A DNA stretch of 64,000 nt from Stegostoma tigrinum. Lineage: Eukaryota. Each line of letters begins with the position of its first letter. The stretch's first letter is position 1. The position numbers and the translations under genes were made by a program. Below are positions 1 through 10,119 of the stretch, piece by piece. The notes below the pieces were generated by a model. That model saw only the letters and a list, made by a program, of their open reading frames with translations, was not told the DNA's origin and searched no databases. The stretch covers positions 22,358,818 to 22,422,817 of the forward strand of contig NC_081384.1 in the NCBI RefSeq assembly GCF_030684315.1, read 5' to 3'.

Positions 1-729
1 AAAACATAACTGATAAACCATTTCATCTCCATTCAGACTTCTTGTATTCAAGCAGCACCCCACATTGATGCCACTGGCATCAACAATAGATTAAATGGCT
101 TCTCATAATTCAGTGCTGCTAAAACTGATACCATTTTCAGCACAGTTTTCTGTTATCAAAAGTACTTTGGCATTCTTGTGCTCATTCAAACAATTAATAA
201 TAAAAATAGAACTTGCTGGAAAAACTCAGCAATTCCAAACAATTAATGCATTTGTCACATGAGCCACTTATAGTGCTGATGTCCTGGATAAACTTCCACT
301 AAAAGGCATTCATGCTGACACATGACATAATTTCACATATTGTCCCGGTTAAGAGAAAATCCAAAATAGTCATTATTTTCACTTCTCTAGATTTTACCTG
401 GCTTGTCCCAAATGTGGCTGAAATAAGCCATTTTTACATTGGCAAATTCATTTTGTGTCAGATTCATGACAAGTATGGTCTATTTGTAACAAATCAAAAC
501 AGTTTGGTAAAGTGATATAATTGTCCTTACCATGTTTTACCGAATATAATAAGTTATTAATTTAAACCATGCGGTTATGTAATCTTTCAAAGACTTTATT
601 GGTGAATCATTGGAATATTGTTGTTGCATTTTTCATTTGAAATTAATATAGATGTGCTTATATGGAAAGCATGATATTTTATTTTCCAGAAAATAATCAA
701 AGAGACTTACAAACTCTATTGTAGATCAT

Positions 730-866
730 AGATAACGAGGTGTAGAACTGGATGAACACGGCAGGCCAAGCAGCATCAGAGGAGCAGGAAAGCTGAGGTT
801 TTGGGTCTGGACTCAAAGGTCTAGCATCAGCAGATTCTCCAGCATTGGCAGTTCCCACCATCTCTG
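730..866. mobile_element. Degenerate miniature Penelope-like (PLE) inverted-end element
   Basis: GATAAC..CTGGATGAACAC.GCAGGCCAAGCAGCATC matches the minus-strand PLE 3' end at 4464-4530. It is followed by the plus-strand tail GATTCTCCAGCAT.GCAGTTCCCA..ATCTCT. Confidence 0.75.
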
Positions 867-1310
867 AGGATGATATATTGATTTGTGTGAATAAGCTCAG
901 AAAAAAAAAATCTTTGACTATTTGTGTAGAAGAAGGGGGTTATCATGTTATTTGCAAAAAAAATTTACAGACCAAATTCATAAAAGATAATTTCATTATG
1001 GAATGAGATTGATGGAATATTGACAGTCTATCTCAATGTAGGGAGCATTTTACTTCAATTTTTATGTTTTTTACAAGTGGTACAGTGAGTTTCTTGCTCG
1101 GCAACAGTGAGTTCCCAGTTAAGAGATTATTACTTGTTACACAGCTTCACGATTACACAATGCATCTCGTTGATGAAAAATTATACTGACCCATTGTACT
1201 AGAGTTCATCTATCATGATGATACAGAAACTGAATGGGTCTCAAAAATTCTCTATTGATTATGCTGAAGTCAATGTGTAGGTAAAAACTGATTCAAATTT
1301 TATTCCACAA

Positions 1311-1381
1311 CAGAACATAGAACATAGAACAATACAGCGCAGAACAGGCCCTTCGGCCCTCGATATTGTACCAACCTGTGA
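1311..1381 (-). mobile_element. CR1/HER1-type LINE extreme 3' end
   Basis: Repeated (AGAACAT)n tail followed by CAGGCCCTTCGGCCC, the typical shark CR1 3' stem-loop on the minus strand. Confidence 0.7.
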
Positions 1382-1454
1382 CTTAGGATTGGGGGACTCT
1401 ATTGAAATAATTGGACATGCATGATTTGATCACAAAAATTGACTTGTTGAAATA

Positions 1455-1673
1455 ATATCGGGAAATTCTGGAACTGGCTGCTGGAGGTAATGGTGGATGT
1501 AAGTACAATTTTGTCATTGAAGAAATATTTGTATAGATACATGGATGGAATAGGTATGTAGGGATATGGACCAAACACAGTCAAAATGGGACTAGATTGA
1601 TTGTGAAAACTGGCAGCATGGAGAAGTTGGGCTGAAGAGCCTATTTCCATGCTGTAAACGTCTATGACTCTAA
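1455..1673 (+). mobile_element. CR1/HER1-type LINE 3' fragment
   Basis: Decayed WN.LP..VV end of ORF2. The 3' end TTGGGCTGAAGAGCCTATTTCCATGCTGT..TCTATGACTCT is shared with the HE1 SINE tail. Confidence 0.7.
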
Positions 1674-3150
1674 GTTCCACTGATTGATAATGCCAGAGAA
1701 GTATCATACTTTGTAATACCAGACTTTATCAATAAAAAGAAACTTTTGCACTGAGATAGCTGTACTTGCCTTGAACTGTCCTATACTCTTCTTCAAGTGT
1801 GAAACATCTTTTTCTAACCACAGTCAGATCTTGTCTGTATTATCCTGAAACTTTAAATCTGAGCTTCCTAAGCTAAAATCAATCTTTTATTACTTTGAAG
1901 CAAAAACAAACTAATAGCTTTCAATATTTGCCTCACCGATTGTAAATCACCCAAGTATAAACAATTTCCTATTAATAGTCCAAGGTGTCCCTGCTCTCTG
2001 ACACATTCTGGATTAGGTCACCTTGCTAGAAGAACGGTCTAACCTAGCATTTTTTAAAAATCTTCAATAAACTAACCACTCAATATACCATTGCTTTAAA
2101 TTCTCAACTCTAAAAATGAAAGTGTATGTAACTTACATACCTTTCGCCACAGTTGTTAATCTTTCCGCTTTTGGAAAAAATGGTCAGGATCTTGCTTTTT
2201 GGTTGTGGCCCTGGGATACATGGGAAAACATGGTCTGCAACCCCACACTGTATAGAGAGCAGTCATCTGACTGTGAGCTTTCCCTGATTGGCCAATTGCC
2301 CAGAGATCATGTTCACTGTCCAATTAAAGATGGTGAATGGGGTCTAGAAGATGAGGGGCTAGTTGGGATTGCAGGGGGCTGCTGTAGGTAAAGGAGAAAG
2401 TGAGCACTTCTCTACTGCGCTATCCTCTCAGCAACTTTAACAAATATAATTAAAAACATTTATATGGGGCTAACTGAACCATGGTGGAGAAGTCAGGGGG
2501 TCACTTCACTTGGTAGCCTGTGACCATAGATGTAGCCAAGGAAGAAAGAAGGGTCTCAAAGCCATGCTGAAGCACTGTCACCTTCTGCCTATCACTGAGA
2601 GAACCCACAGGCAGCTGGCTTCTTCCCAGAACCATTATTGGATGTGGGAGAGTGACGGAGGTACTGTAGGCCCCTAAAATAAATAAGTCTGGAAATTGTT
2701 ATTAAACATACCCATTTTACTATCTGCCACTAACATTTGGATAACCCTTGTGTCTCCATGAAGTTGAATGCAGTGTGATAGAGCAAACTGGCATTCCAGC
2801 TGGTAGCTTGTAATTACTTGCCCGGTCCTTGGTAATCTACAATATGCTGTCCTGTGTCTCCTTACTTAAGCTATCATAGCTTTTGCCAATTATTGATAAT
2901 CTGTTCAACCTGTCCTTGACATTTGCTGCTTTAATGAGAAGAATCAGATCTTCTCTCTGCTCTCTACTTGATGGAAAAAGTAATTGAGACAAGTGCAAAA
3001 TTTGCAAGGTTACTTTAAATGTTTATCATTACCTAACTTTGGACAATACCAGAAAATGCTAACAAATATGCATTTCAACCATGCAAAATTAGAGCTGAAA
3101 CACATAACTAACTGCTGCACATTTATATTAAATGAGATATTTTAAGTGAC

Positions 3151-3617
3151 TGTGTAGGATGGGCTGAAGGGAAAAAATTATTGATGATATTTAACACCTG
3201 CATGACCTTGAATGATCCGTGTGAACATTACTGTATATGCCAAAGGTGGCATATACAAAGTTGCTTTTTTGTACTGATTTGTTTGTTACGCTGTATAAAA
3301 GGGAAAATTTTGTTCCAAGTCTTTAGACTTTAGCTTGGACTGGGATCATGGACCGTGCCAGGAACAACTTTAGCCTCCAGACCAGCCATCGCTTGATGGG
3401 TTCCCAATGGGCAGAAGGGCATGAGACTTATTGTTTTTTGTTTCCTTTCTTTTTCATTCTTTTTATTTATTTAAAACATGTTCCTTTCCTTTTTCATCTT
3501 TTATTAATACTTAATAAATGTTCATATTTCAGCAAATTGCTGTAGTTGAGCATTATCTTAACTACATTTAACTGAATCCAAAAAGAACTGCTTGGATACA
3601 TTCGGTGATCCAAGACA
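3151..3617 (+). repeat. 5' LTR
   Basis: TGTGTAGGATGGGCTGAAGGG...GATCCAAGACA, with TATAAAA at 3294-3300 and AATAAA at 3513-3518. Homologous to 8831-9290. Confidence 0.92.
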
Positions 3618-3622
3618 TTTTT

Positions 3623-3640
3623 TTGTCATTAGGATGGGAT
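3623..3640 (+). promoter_or_regulatory. Decayed primer-binding site, most similar to tRNA-Ser(GCU)
   Basis: TTGTCATTAGGATGGGAT versus TGGCGACGAGGATGGGAT (recalled Ser PBS): 13/18 match, last 10 identical. Lies a few nt after the 5' LTR. Confidence 0.55.
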
Positions 3641-3821
3641 TTGGGAACATGTGTAAGGGAAGGGAAAAGCAGCTTAATGCTTCGGAGACCTTCCGTATTC
3701 CAGGGCGGAGTGCAGCAGACTCTGGATTTGGTCTGTAGCTAATGTTAGCACAATTAGGACCCCTGAAAGGATGGGGAGCAGTTGTAACTAGAAAAAGAGA
3801 GAACGGGAGGCAAGATTTCTG

Positions 3822-4002
3822 CGATAATAGCAGGCCAAAGCACCATCAGAGGAGCAGGAAGGCTGATGTTTCGGGCCAAGGGGTCGAGGCCCGAAATGTC
3901 ATTCTTCCTGCTCCTCTGAATGTGTTCGGCCTGCTGTGTTCATCCAGCTATACACCTTGTTATCTTAGATTCTCCAGCATCTGCAGTTCCTATTATCTCT
4001 GG
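3822..4002. mobile_element. Miniature palindromic PLE insertion inside the ERV leader
   Basis: Inverted arms around ~3880, tail on the right arm only. 13-bp TSD GGCAAGATTTCTG at 3809-3821 and 4003-4015. Confidence 0.88.
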
Positions 4003-4524
4003 GGCAAGATTTCTGTGCTGTGCAAGTACACTGAACCTTGTGGAAGTGTTAATTCTTTGTGGTCTGGTTTGAATGCAATTTTGTTATTTGGTTGCTAAAT
4101 GTCATTCTGTACAGTTTATGTCTTTTTGTTGCCTGGAAGTTGAGATCTGGGGATAATTTGATGTTTTAGTTTGCATTTTGGGAATGTATGTTGATTTGAA
4201 AGTGTCTTTTGTACATGGTTAATGCAATGTCCTTTTAAGAAACAATCAGTGGTTGTGTAAAGCAAAATATCTATGAAAAGTTGATTTAAAAATTTGATTC
4301 ATAAAGCTTGAACAATTTATCTTTTGGAGTTGTTTCTGTTTTGTATTTGGAATGGGTATCTTTTAATTCCAGAAATTAACATATTTGGAGTTTTATTTTC
4401 TAGTCAGTGAACTTCCAAATACTATCAGAGATAATGGGAACTGCAGATGCTGGAGATTCCAAGATAATAAAATGTGAGGCTGGATGAACACAGCAGGCCA
4501 AGCAGCATCTCAGGAGCACAAAAG

Positions 4525-4556
4525 CTGACGTTTCGGGCCGAGACCCTTCATCAGAG
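4525..4556 (-). ncRNA. Minimal type I hammerhead ribozyme motif (PLE-associated), core intact
   Basis: The minus strand reads CU-CUGAUGA-A-GGGUC-UC-GGCCC-GAAA-CGUC-AG: both catalytic boxes, stem II, palindromic ACGU stem III and a GUC cleavage triplet. Confidence 0.75.
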
Positions 4557-4777
4557 AGGGGGATGGGGGGAGGGAACTGGAATAAATAGGGAGAGGGGGG
4601 AGGCGGACCGAAGATGGAGAGTAAAGAAGATAGGTGGAGAGAGTGTAGGTGGGGAGGTAGGGAGGGGATAGATCAGTCCAGGGAAGACGGACAGGTCAAG
4701 GAGGTGGGATGAGGTTAGTAGGTAGCTGGGGCTGCGGCTTGGGGTGGGAGGAAGGGATGGGTGAGAGGAAGAACCGG

Positions 4778-5164
4778 TTAGGGAGGCAGAGACAGGTTGG
4801 ACTGGTTTTGGGATGCATTGGGTGGGGGGGAAGAGCTGGGCTGGTTGTGTGGTGCAGTGGGGGGAGGGGATGAACTGGGCTGGTTTAGGGATGCAGTAGG
4901 GGAAGGGGAGATTTTGAAACTGGTGAAGTCCACATTGATGCCATATGGCTGCAGGGTTCCCAGGCGGAATATGAGTTGCTGTTCCTGCAACCTTCGGGTG
5001 GCATCATTGTGGCAGTGCAGGAGGCCCATGATGGACATGTCATCAAGAGAATGGGAGGGGGCGTGGAAATGGTTTGCGACTGGGAGGTGCAGTTGTTTGT
5101 TGCGAACTGAGCGGAGGTGTTCTGCAAAGCGGTCCCCAAGCCTCCGCTTGGTTTCCCCAATGTA
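4778..5164 (-). pseudogene. PLE GIY-YIG endonuclease C-terminal fragment (inverted arm)
   Basis: YIGETKRRLGDRFAEH...RRLQEQQLIFRLGTLQPYGIN, nearly identical to the plus arm. Confidence 0.9.
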
Positions 5165-5166
5165 TA

Positions 5167-6150
5167 GAATACACCTCCTCCCACCCACCCTCCTGCAAAA
5201 ATTCCATCCCCTATTCCCAATTCCTCCGCCTCCGCCGCCTCTACTCCCACGATAAGACATTCCACTCCCGCACATCCCAGATGTCCAAGTTCTTTAAGGA
5301 CCGCAACTTTCCCCCCACGGTGATCGAGAACGCCCTTGACCGCGTCTCCCGCATTTCCCGCGACACATCCCTCACACCCCGCCCCCGCCACAACCGCCCC
5401 AAGAGGATCCCCCTCGTTCTCACACACCACCCTACCAACCTCCGGATACAACGCATTATCCTCTGACACTTCCGCCATTTACAATCCGACCCCACCACCC
5501 AAGACATTTTTCCATCCCCTCCCCTGTCTGCTTTCCGGAGAGACCACTCTCTCCGTGACTCCCTTGTTCGCTCCACACTGCCCTCCAACCCCACCACACC
5601 CGGCACCTTCCCCTGCAACCGCAGGAAATGCTACACTTGTCCCCACACCTCCTCCCTCACCCCCATCCCAGGCCCCAAAATGACATTCCACATTAAGCAG
5701 AGGTTCACCTGCACATCTGCCAATGTGGTATACTGCATCCACTGTACCCGGTGCGGCTTCCTCTACATTGGGGAAACCAAGCGGAGGCTTGGGGACCGCT
5801 TTGCAGAACACCTCCGCTCAGTTCGCAACAAACAACTGCACCTCCCAGTCGCAAACCATTTCCACTCCCCCTCCCATTCTCTTGATGACATGTCCATCAT
5901 GGGCCTCCTGCACTGCCACAATGATGCCACCCGAAGGTTGCAGGAACAGCAACTCATATTCCGCCTGGGAACCCTGCAGCCATATGGCATCAATGTGGAT
6001 TTCACCAGTTTCAAAATCTCCCCTTCCCCCACTGCATCCCTAAACCAGCCCAGTTCATCCCCTCCCCCCACTGCACCACACAACCAGCCCAGCTCTTCCC
6101 CCCCACCCACTGCATCCCAAAACCAGTCCAACCTGTCTCTGCCTCCCTAA
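5167..6150 (+). pseudogene. PLE polyprotein 3' part: RT thumb, Cys-rich linker and GIY-YIG endonuclease (5'-truncated, one in-frame stop)
   Basis: SSHPPSCKNSIPYSQFLRLRR (PLE thumb), GTFPCNRRKCYTCP (Neptune-type linker), NVVYCIHCTRCGFLYIGETKRRL..RFAEH (GIY-YIG). In-frame TGA at 5464-5466. Confidence 0.92.
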
Positions 6151-6372
6151 CCGGTTCTTCCTCTCACCCATCCCTTCCTCCCACTCCAAGCCGCAGCCCC
6201 AGCTACCTACTAACCTCATCCCACCTCCTTGACCTGTCCGTCTTCCCTGGACTGACCTATCCCCTCCCTACCTCCCCACCTACACTCTCTCCACCTATCT
6301 TCTTTACTCTCCATCTTCGGTCCGCCTCCCCCTCTCTCCCTATTTATTCCAGTTCCCTCCCCCCATCCCCCT

Positions 6373-6404
6373 CTCTGATGAAGGGTCTAGGCCCAAAACG
6401 TCAG
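6373..6404 (+). ncRNA. Minimal hammerhead motif with GAAA mutated to AAAA (probably inactive)
   Basis: CTCTGATGAAGGGTCTAGGCCCAAAACGTCAG; differs from the left-arm copy at the conserved G, a CpG-type transition. Confidence 0.65.
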
Positions 6405-6777
6405 CTTTTGTGCTCCTGAGATGCTGCTTGGCCTGCTGTGTTCATCCAGCCTCACATTTTATTCTCTTGGAACTTCCAAATACTGTTTGAATACAATAGA
6501 ATCTTTGATTCCGGACAATAAGGTTGTCTCATTGTTAATATCCAAGTGATAGGGACATTGGAACGTTGAAAATGCAACTCCCTGAGTGCGAGGAGCTTAG
6601 GAAAGGCAAATTTAACAAAGAGGTGGGCTTTTCAGTTCTTTTAAGGAAGAGGAGAGACAGATGATGTAATTGCATGCAGGAGTTTACACCCTATGGTCTT
6701 TTTGAATCTGTGGTAGATTAATACTAATTAACCCATTCTCTTGACTTGGAGTGAATGGAATTTGTTCTTTATTTTAG

Positions 6778-8510
6778 AGATTGGAGACACTGAGGGCTGA
6801 ACCCATTTGCAGAATTTCAACATTGCAACATAGTGATGAATGAGGGACATGCAACCTGTCAAGTCATTCATCAATAACATATTTCAGTGTTGGGGAAGTG
6901 CTGTGGAAATATTAATTGTAGTCAATGTCAGGGATCTCAAAACCACTAAGCCTGAGTATACTTAAACATATCATGACATAACTAATTAAGACTCACTTGA
7001 GCTGGTGTTCTAAAACATTTAAATGGGATAGTTACATGAAGATTTAAATGGTCTCTGGGAAATGATAAAGTGCATGCTCACAGTCTTGTGGTTTCAATGC
7101 ATACAAAAATGATTATTAACTTTAAGGGAGAAAACAGAATATTGAATTTGGACAAACTTACATAGAGATATATCAATTATCCAACTGAGTTACCAATTAC
7201 CTTTAAAAAAAAGTGGATCATCTTAGAAAAAGAACAAACTAAATATGCTGTGCCTGAATCAAATCAAATGTTTGATTTCTGTTTTAAAATATTATAAGAT
7301 TATGTTCCATGGATTACAAATTTCTACGGATCTCCGGAATTAGAAATGGTGGTAACAGTTAAGTTGTAAATTTGGATGAGAAATAATTAAATCTGGGGGC
7401 TGATGGCCAAAGACAAAAAAATTAGAATAATGAGATGAAATGGCAATCCAGATTAAAATATTATCGTAGTGAAAAGGACGTTTAGAAGACAGCATTTAAC
7501 GCAAAATTTTCTCTTGGTGATGTTTAGGCCCTTGTCTTTCCTTTTGAGACAATTGAATTGGTGATCAAGCCACTACCTGAGGCATTCGGAACATGCATGG
7601 CGGGTTCAGTTAAACCTCATAGATCATTTGATAAGATCATGTGGGAGTCAAGAATGCATGACATGCCCTTTGTATTCCGATGAAAATGTGCAAAAGTGAA
7701 TGTTACCTCGGAGCTAACAAACACGAGATGGTAAAAAGCATGCACTGAAGAACAGATCTCAGACATGTACCTCTACTTGACAAAAAGATTAATGTGACTT
7801 CGAAGAGCACAAAAACATAATTTAAATGATAAAACACTGACAGAAAATTCAGAGAGAAACTGACTTTAAAACAATTAAAGTAGTAGTAATGAAAGGCATA
7901 TAAGAAGAATTAGAATCAAAACAGAGATTATGATTGGTTATTGTGTCAAAATGTTACAGAAATGAAAAAAATATAGACTCTGGAAGGAGTAATGGTGGAT
8001 TGAGTGGAAGAGCCCATCAAATGACGTACAGATACCGCATCTTGAGCATTTGTATGATGCACGTACTCCCGTGTTTAAACCATTAGGTGAAATTTTAATA
8101 TGTTAGGACAGTTAGTGTACATGAAAGAAGGTCAAGCTAAGACTCAGGTGGTGTAGAAGTCTGTGGTAAGTAAACCCTAGAAAAAATAAAAGGTGGGAAG
8201 CATAAGCTGAAGGTAAAGCCAGATGAATGTTAGACCTATCTTGTTTGATAACATGTATATCGCAACTCAAAAGGAGGTACTTGCATTTGGAGGTTGTTAC
8301 CACTTAATGATACAATCATTCATAAAATCAGCAAGGAGGAAACATATTACAGAAGTATCCTCAAGATGGATACAGATGAAGAGAGCTAGAGGAACTAGAG
8401 TCAATGTTAGTGAAAGTGATTTGTGGGTAGGGAACTGGAGAATTAAAAAAACCCCAGAAATTAAAGAACCTGAATCTGGAACATATGGAACTTTCGAGCA
8501 AATTGTGTAA
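6778..8510 (+). pseudogene. Decayed, unidentified ORF(s) in the ERV internal region
   Basis: A-rich protein-like frames with scattered stops, e.g. from 7109 MIINFKGENRILNLDKLT*RYINYPTELPITFKKKW.... Two H-xn-CG-x3-C-x2-C motifs at 6878-6928 and 7625-7666. Acceptor-like TTTGTTCTTTATTTTAG ends at 6777. Confidence 0.45.
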
Positions 8511-8606
8511 ATAGATCAACTGAAAAAAAGGTAGACGGTATTCTGATCGCCTCAGTCAGGTTGCATGACTTGCTGGTTCCACCGTGGCCTTGACTGTACA
8601 TCAGAG

Positions 8607-8728
8607 TGGGATATATATTTAAGGGTAGGTCCCCAAAGGCCACTGTGATCATTAATTTGCTTATATGTCCTATTGTTATATTATTCATATTTATGCTAGT
8701 TATTTTCATTGTAATTTTAATCTTCTAG
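8607..8728 (+). pseudogene. Env C-terminal membrane-proximal and transmembrane remnant
   Basis: WDI-(2-nt slip)-FKGRSPKATVIINLLICPIVILFIFMLVIFIVILIF*. A long hydrophobic run just upstream of the PPT and 3' LTR. Confidence 0.6.
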
Positions 8729-8830
8729 TGTAGGTTACATGCTCTTATTATATGTTCTTGCATAGCTGTTGCTGATTTGCATCTACATTTTCAATTGTAA
8801 CGCGCTCTGTCAAATAGCATCGGGGCGGAT

Positions 8831-9290
8831 TGTATAGGATGGGCTGAAGGGTTAAACCAACTGCATGACTTTGAATAGGTCCTATGAACATTCCTGTATG
8901 TGTCATAGATGGCATAATCAAATTTGCTTTTCTGTACTTTTTTTCTGTATTGGCTGTTCATTACACTGTGTAAGAGGGAGAATTTTGTTCCAAGTTGTCA
9001 GACATCCGCTCAGACTGGCATCACGAATGGTGTGAGGAAACAACCTTAGCCCCCAGATCAGCTGTCAATTGAGAGGTCCCCAATGGGCAGAAGGGCCTGA
9101 GGCTTACTGATTTTTCCCCCTCTTTTTCATTTTTTTTATTTACTTAACAAATTTTCCTTTCTTTATTCATCCTCCTTCATTACTCAATTAATGTTTGTAT
9201 TTAAGCAAGTTGCTATTGCCGAGCCTTCTCTTAACTACATTTAACCAAATCTGAAAAGAACCACTTAGATACACTCTGCGATCCAAGACA
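8831..9290 (+). repeat. 3' LTR
   Basis: TGTATAGGATGGGCTGAAGGG...GATCCAAGACA, preceded by a purine-rich GGGGCGGAT (8822-8830) and followed by the TSD GTGAC. Confidence 0.92.
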
Positions 9291-10119
9291 GTGACAAAAA
9301 ACAGCAACAGTCAAAATCCCTCGTGGGATTAAAAACAAACAGCAGCCACAAGAAGTGTTAAAGCGTGATGCAGCTCAGTTATGCTACAATATGATCCGTT
9401 GGTGTGATGTGGAACCACCATTGTCAAGGGCAACGAGATTCTAAAGTATGCCATCTGCACAATTTGAAGTGTAGCCTTGACAACGGTCTCTAAGCAAGCT
9501 ACATTCATTCTAAGAAAACACCAACTTTCACAATCTGGGGGCATAACAACAACATAAACAAAGAGAAGTTTGAAGCTTTTAGATCTCAGGCACATTGCAA
9601 AACAAGAACTGCTGAACAAAAAAAAACCACGGTTTGTGTCATTTACCTTCCAACATTTTGCTACTTACGTAAGAGTACAATAATAGGGTGCATTTTGTGA
9701 TGTCAGTAGCAGGGATGAATTTTAGCACCTGGATGCCAGAGGGGGCCTGCAACTTGTAGAATTGGACATGGGTGCCTTCGTGTGCTAATCCAAAAGTGCA
9801 GGAGATCAGCTGCATCAAAGGCAAATAAGAATCCAGTGCCAATTTGTGCTAATTGCCCGCTAATTCCATAGTAATAACACTTTAAACTTTTACATCATTA
9901 TTTTCAAATATTAGATGCCTCCTCTCAATTCACGACATATAATGAAAAGACTCAAGAAGTTAACATTGATCGCATTTTAAACATAGAAACTTTAAAAAGT
10001 TTGGCCAATCTTGTAAAATAAGAACTGATGAAGTATTAACATTTTGTATAAGACTTTCTAAGTGTTATTTTTTTAAAATGACTCCTGACCAAAATGCTGA
10101 AACAACACTTTTAAAACCC

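Larger units (their letters stand above)
4424..6469. mobile_element. Young Penelope-like (Neptune-type) retroelement made of two 5'-truncated copies joined head-to-head (minus arm 4424-5164, plus arm 5165-6469)
   Basis: About 700 bp of near-identical inverted repeat, with GIY-YIG coding sequence on both arms. 15-bp TSD GAACTTCCAAATACT at 4409-4423 and 6470-6484. Confidence 0.95.
3151..9290 (+). mobile_element. Complete non-autonomous LTR element / endogenous retrovirus (probably lokiretrovirus-related), interrupted by two PLE insertions
   Basis: Two homologous ~460-bp direct repeats (3151-3617, 8831-9290) start TGT and end CCAAGACA. A 5-bp TSD GTGAC lies at 3146-3150 and 9291-9295. PBS-like and PPT-like sites are at the expected positions. 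Confidence 0.92.

Noticed and set aside
5464-5466. In-frame TGA in the PLE ORF as selenocysteine recoding (known in some Naiad-type PLEs)
   Set aside because: The homologous codon in the second element is Gln (ILQHF). Both fit CpG decay of an ancestral CGA (Arg); it is not a Cys position.
4797-6131. Many overlapping 100-200 aa ORFs (e.g. 4797-5255, 4885-5478, 5241-5618, 5763-6131, also 12615-13022) as new genes
   Set aside because: They are antisense or alternative frames of GC-rich PLE coding sequence.
4424-6469. Fold-back assembly or read chimera as the cause of the long inverted repeat
   Set aside because: The arms differ at several positions, the unit is bounded by a clean 15-bp TSD, and the same architecture recurs in older, more diverged copies.
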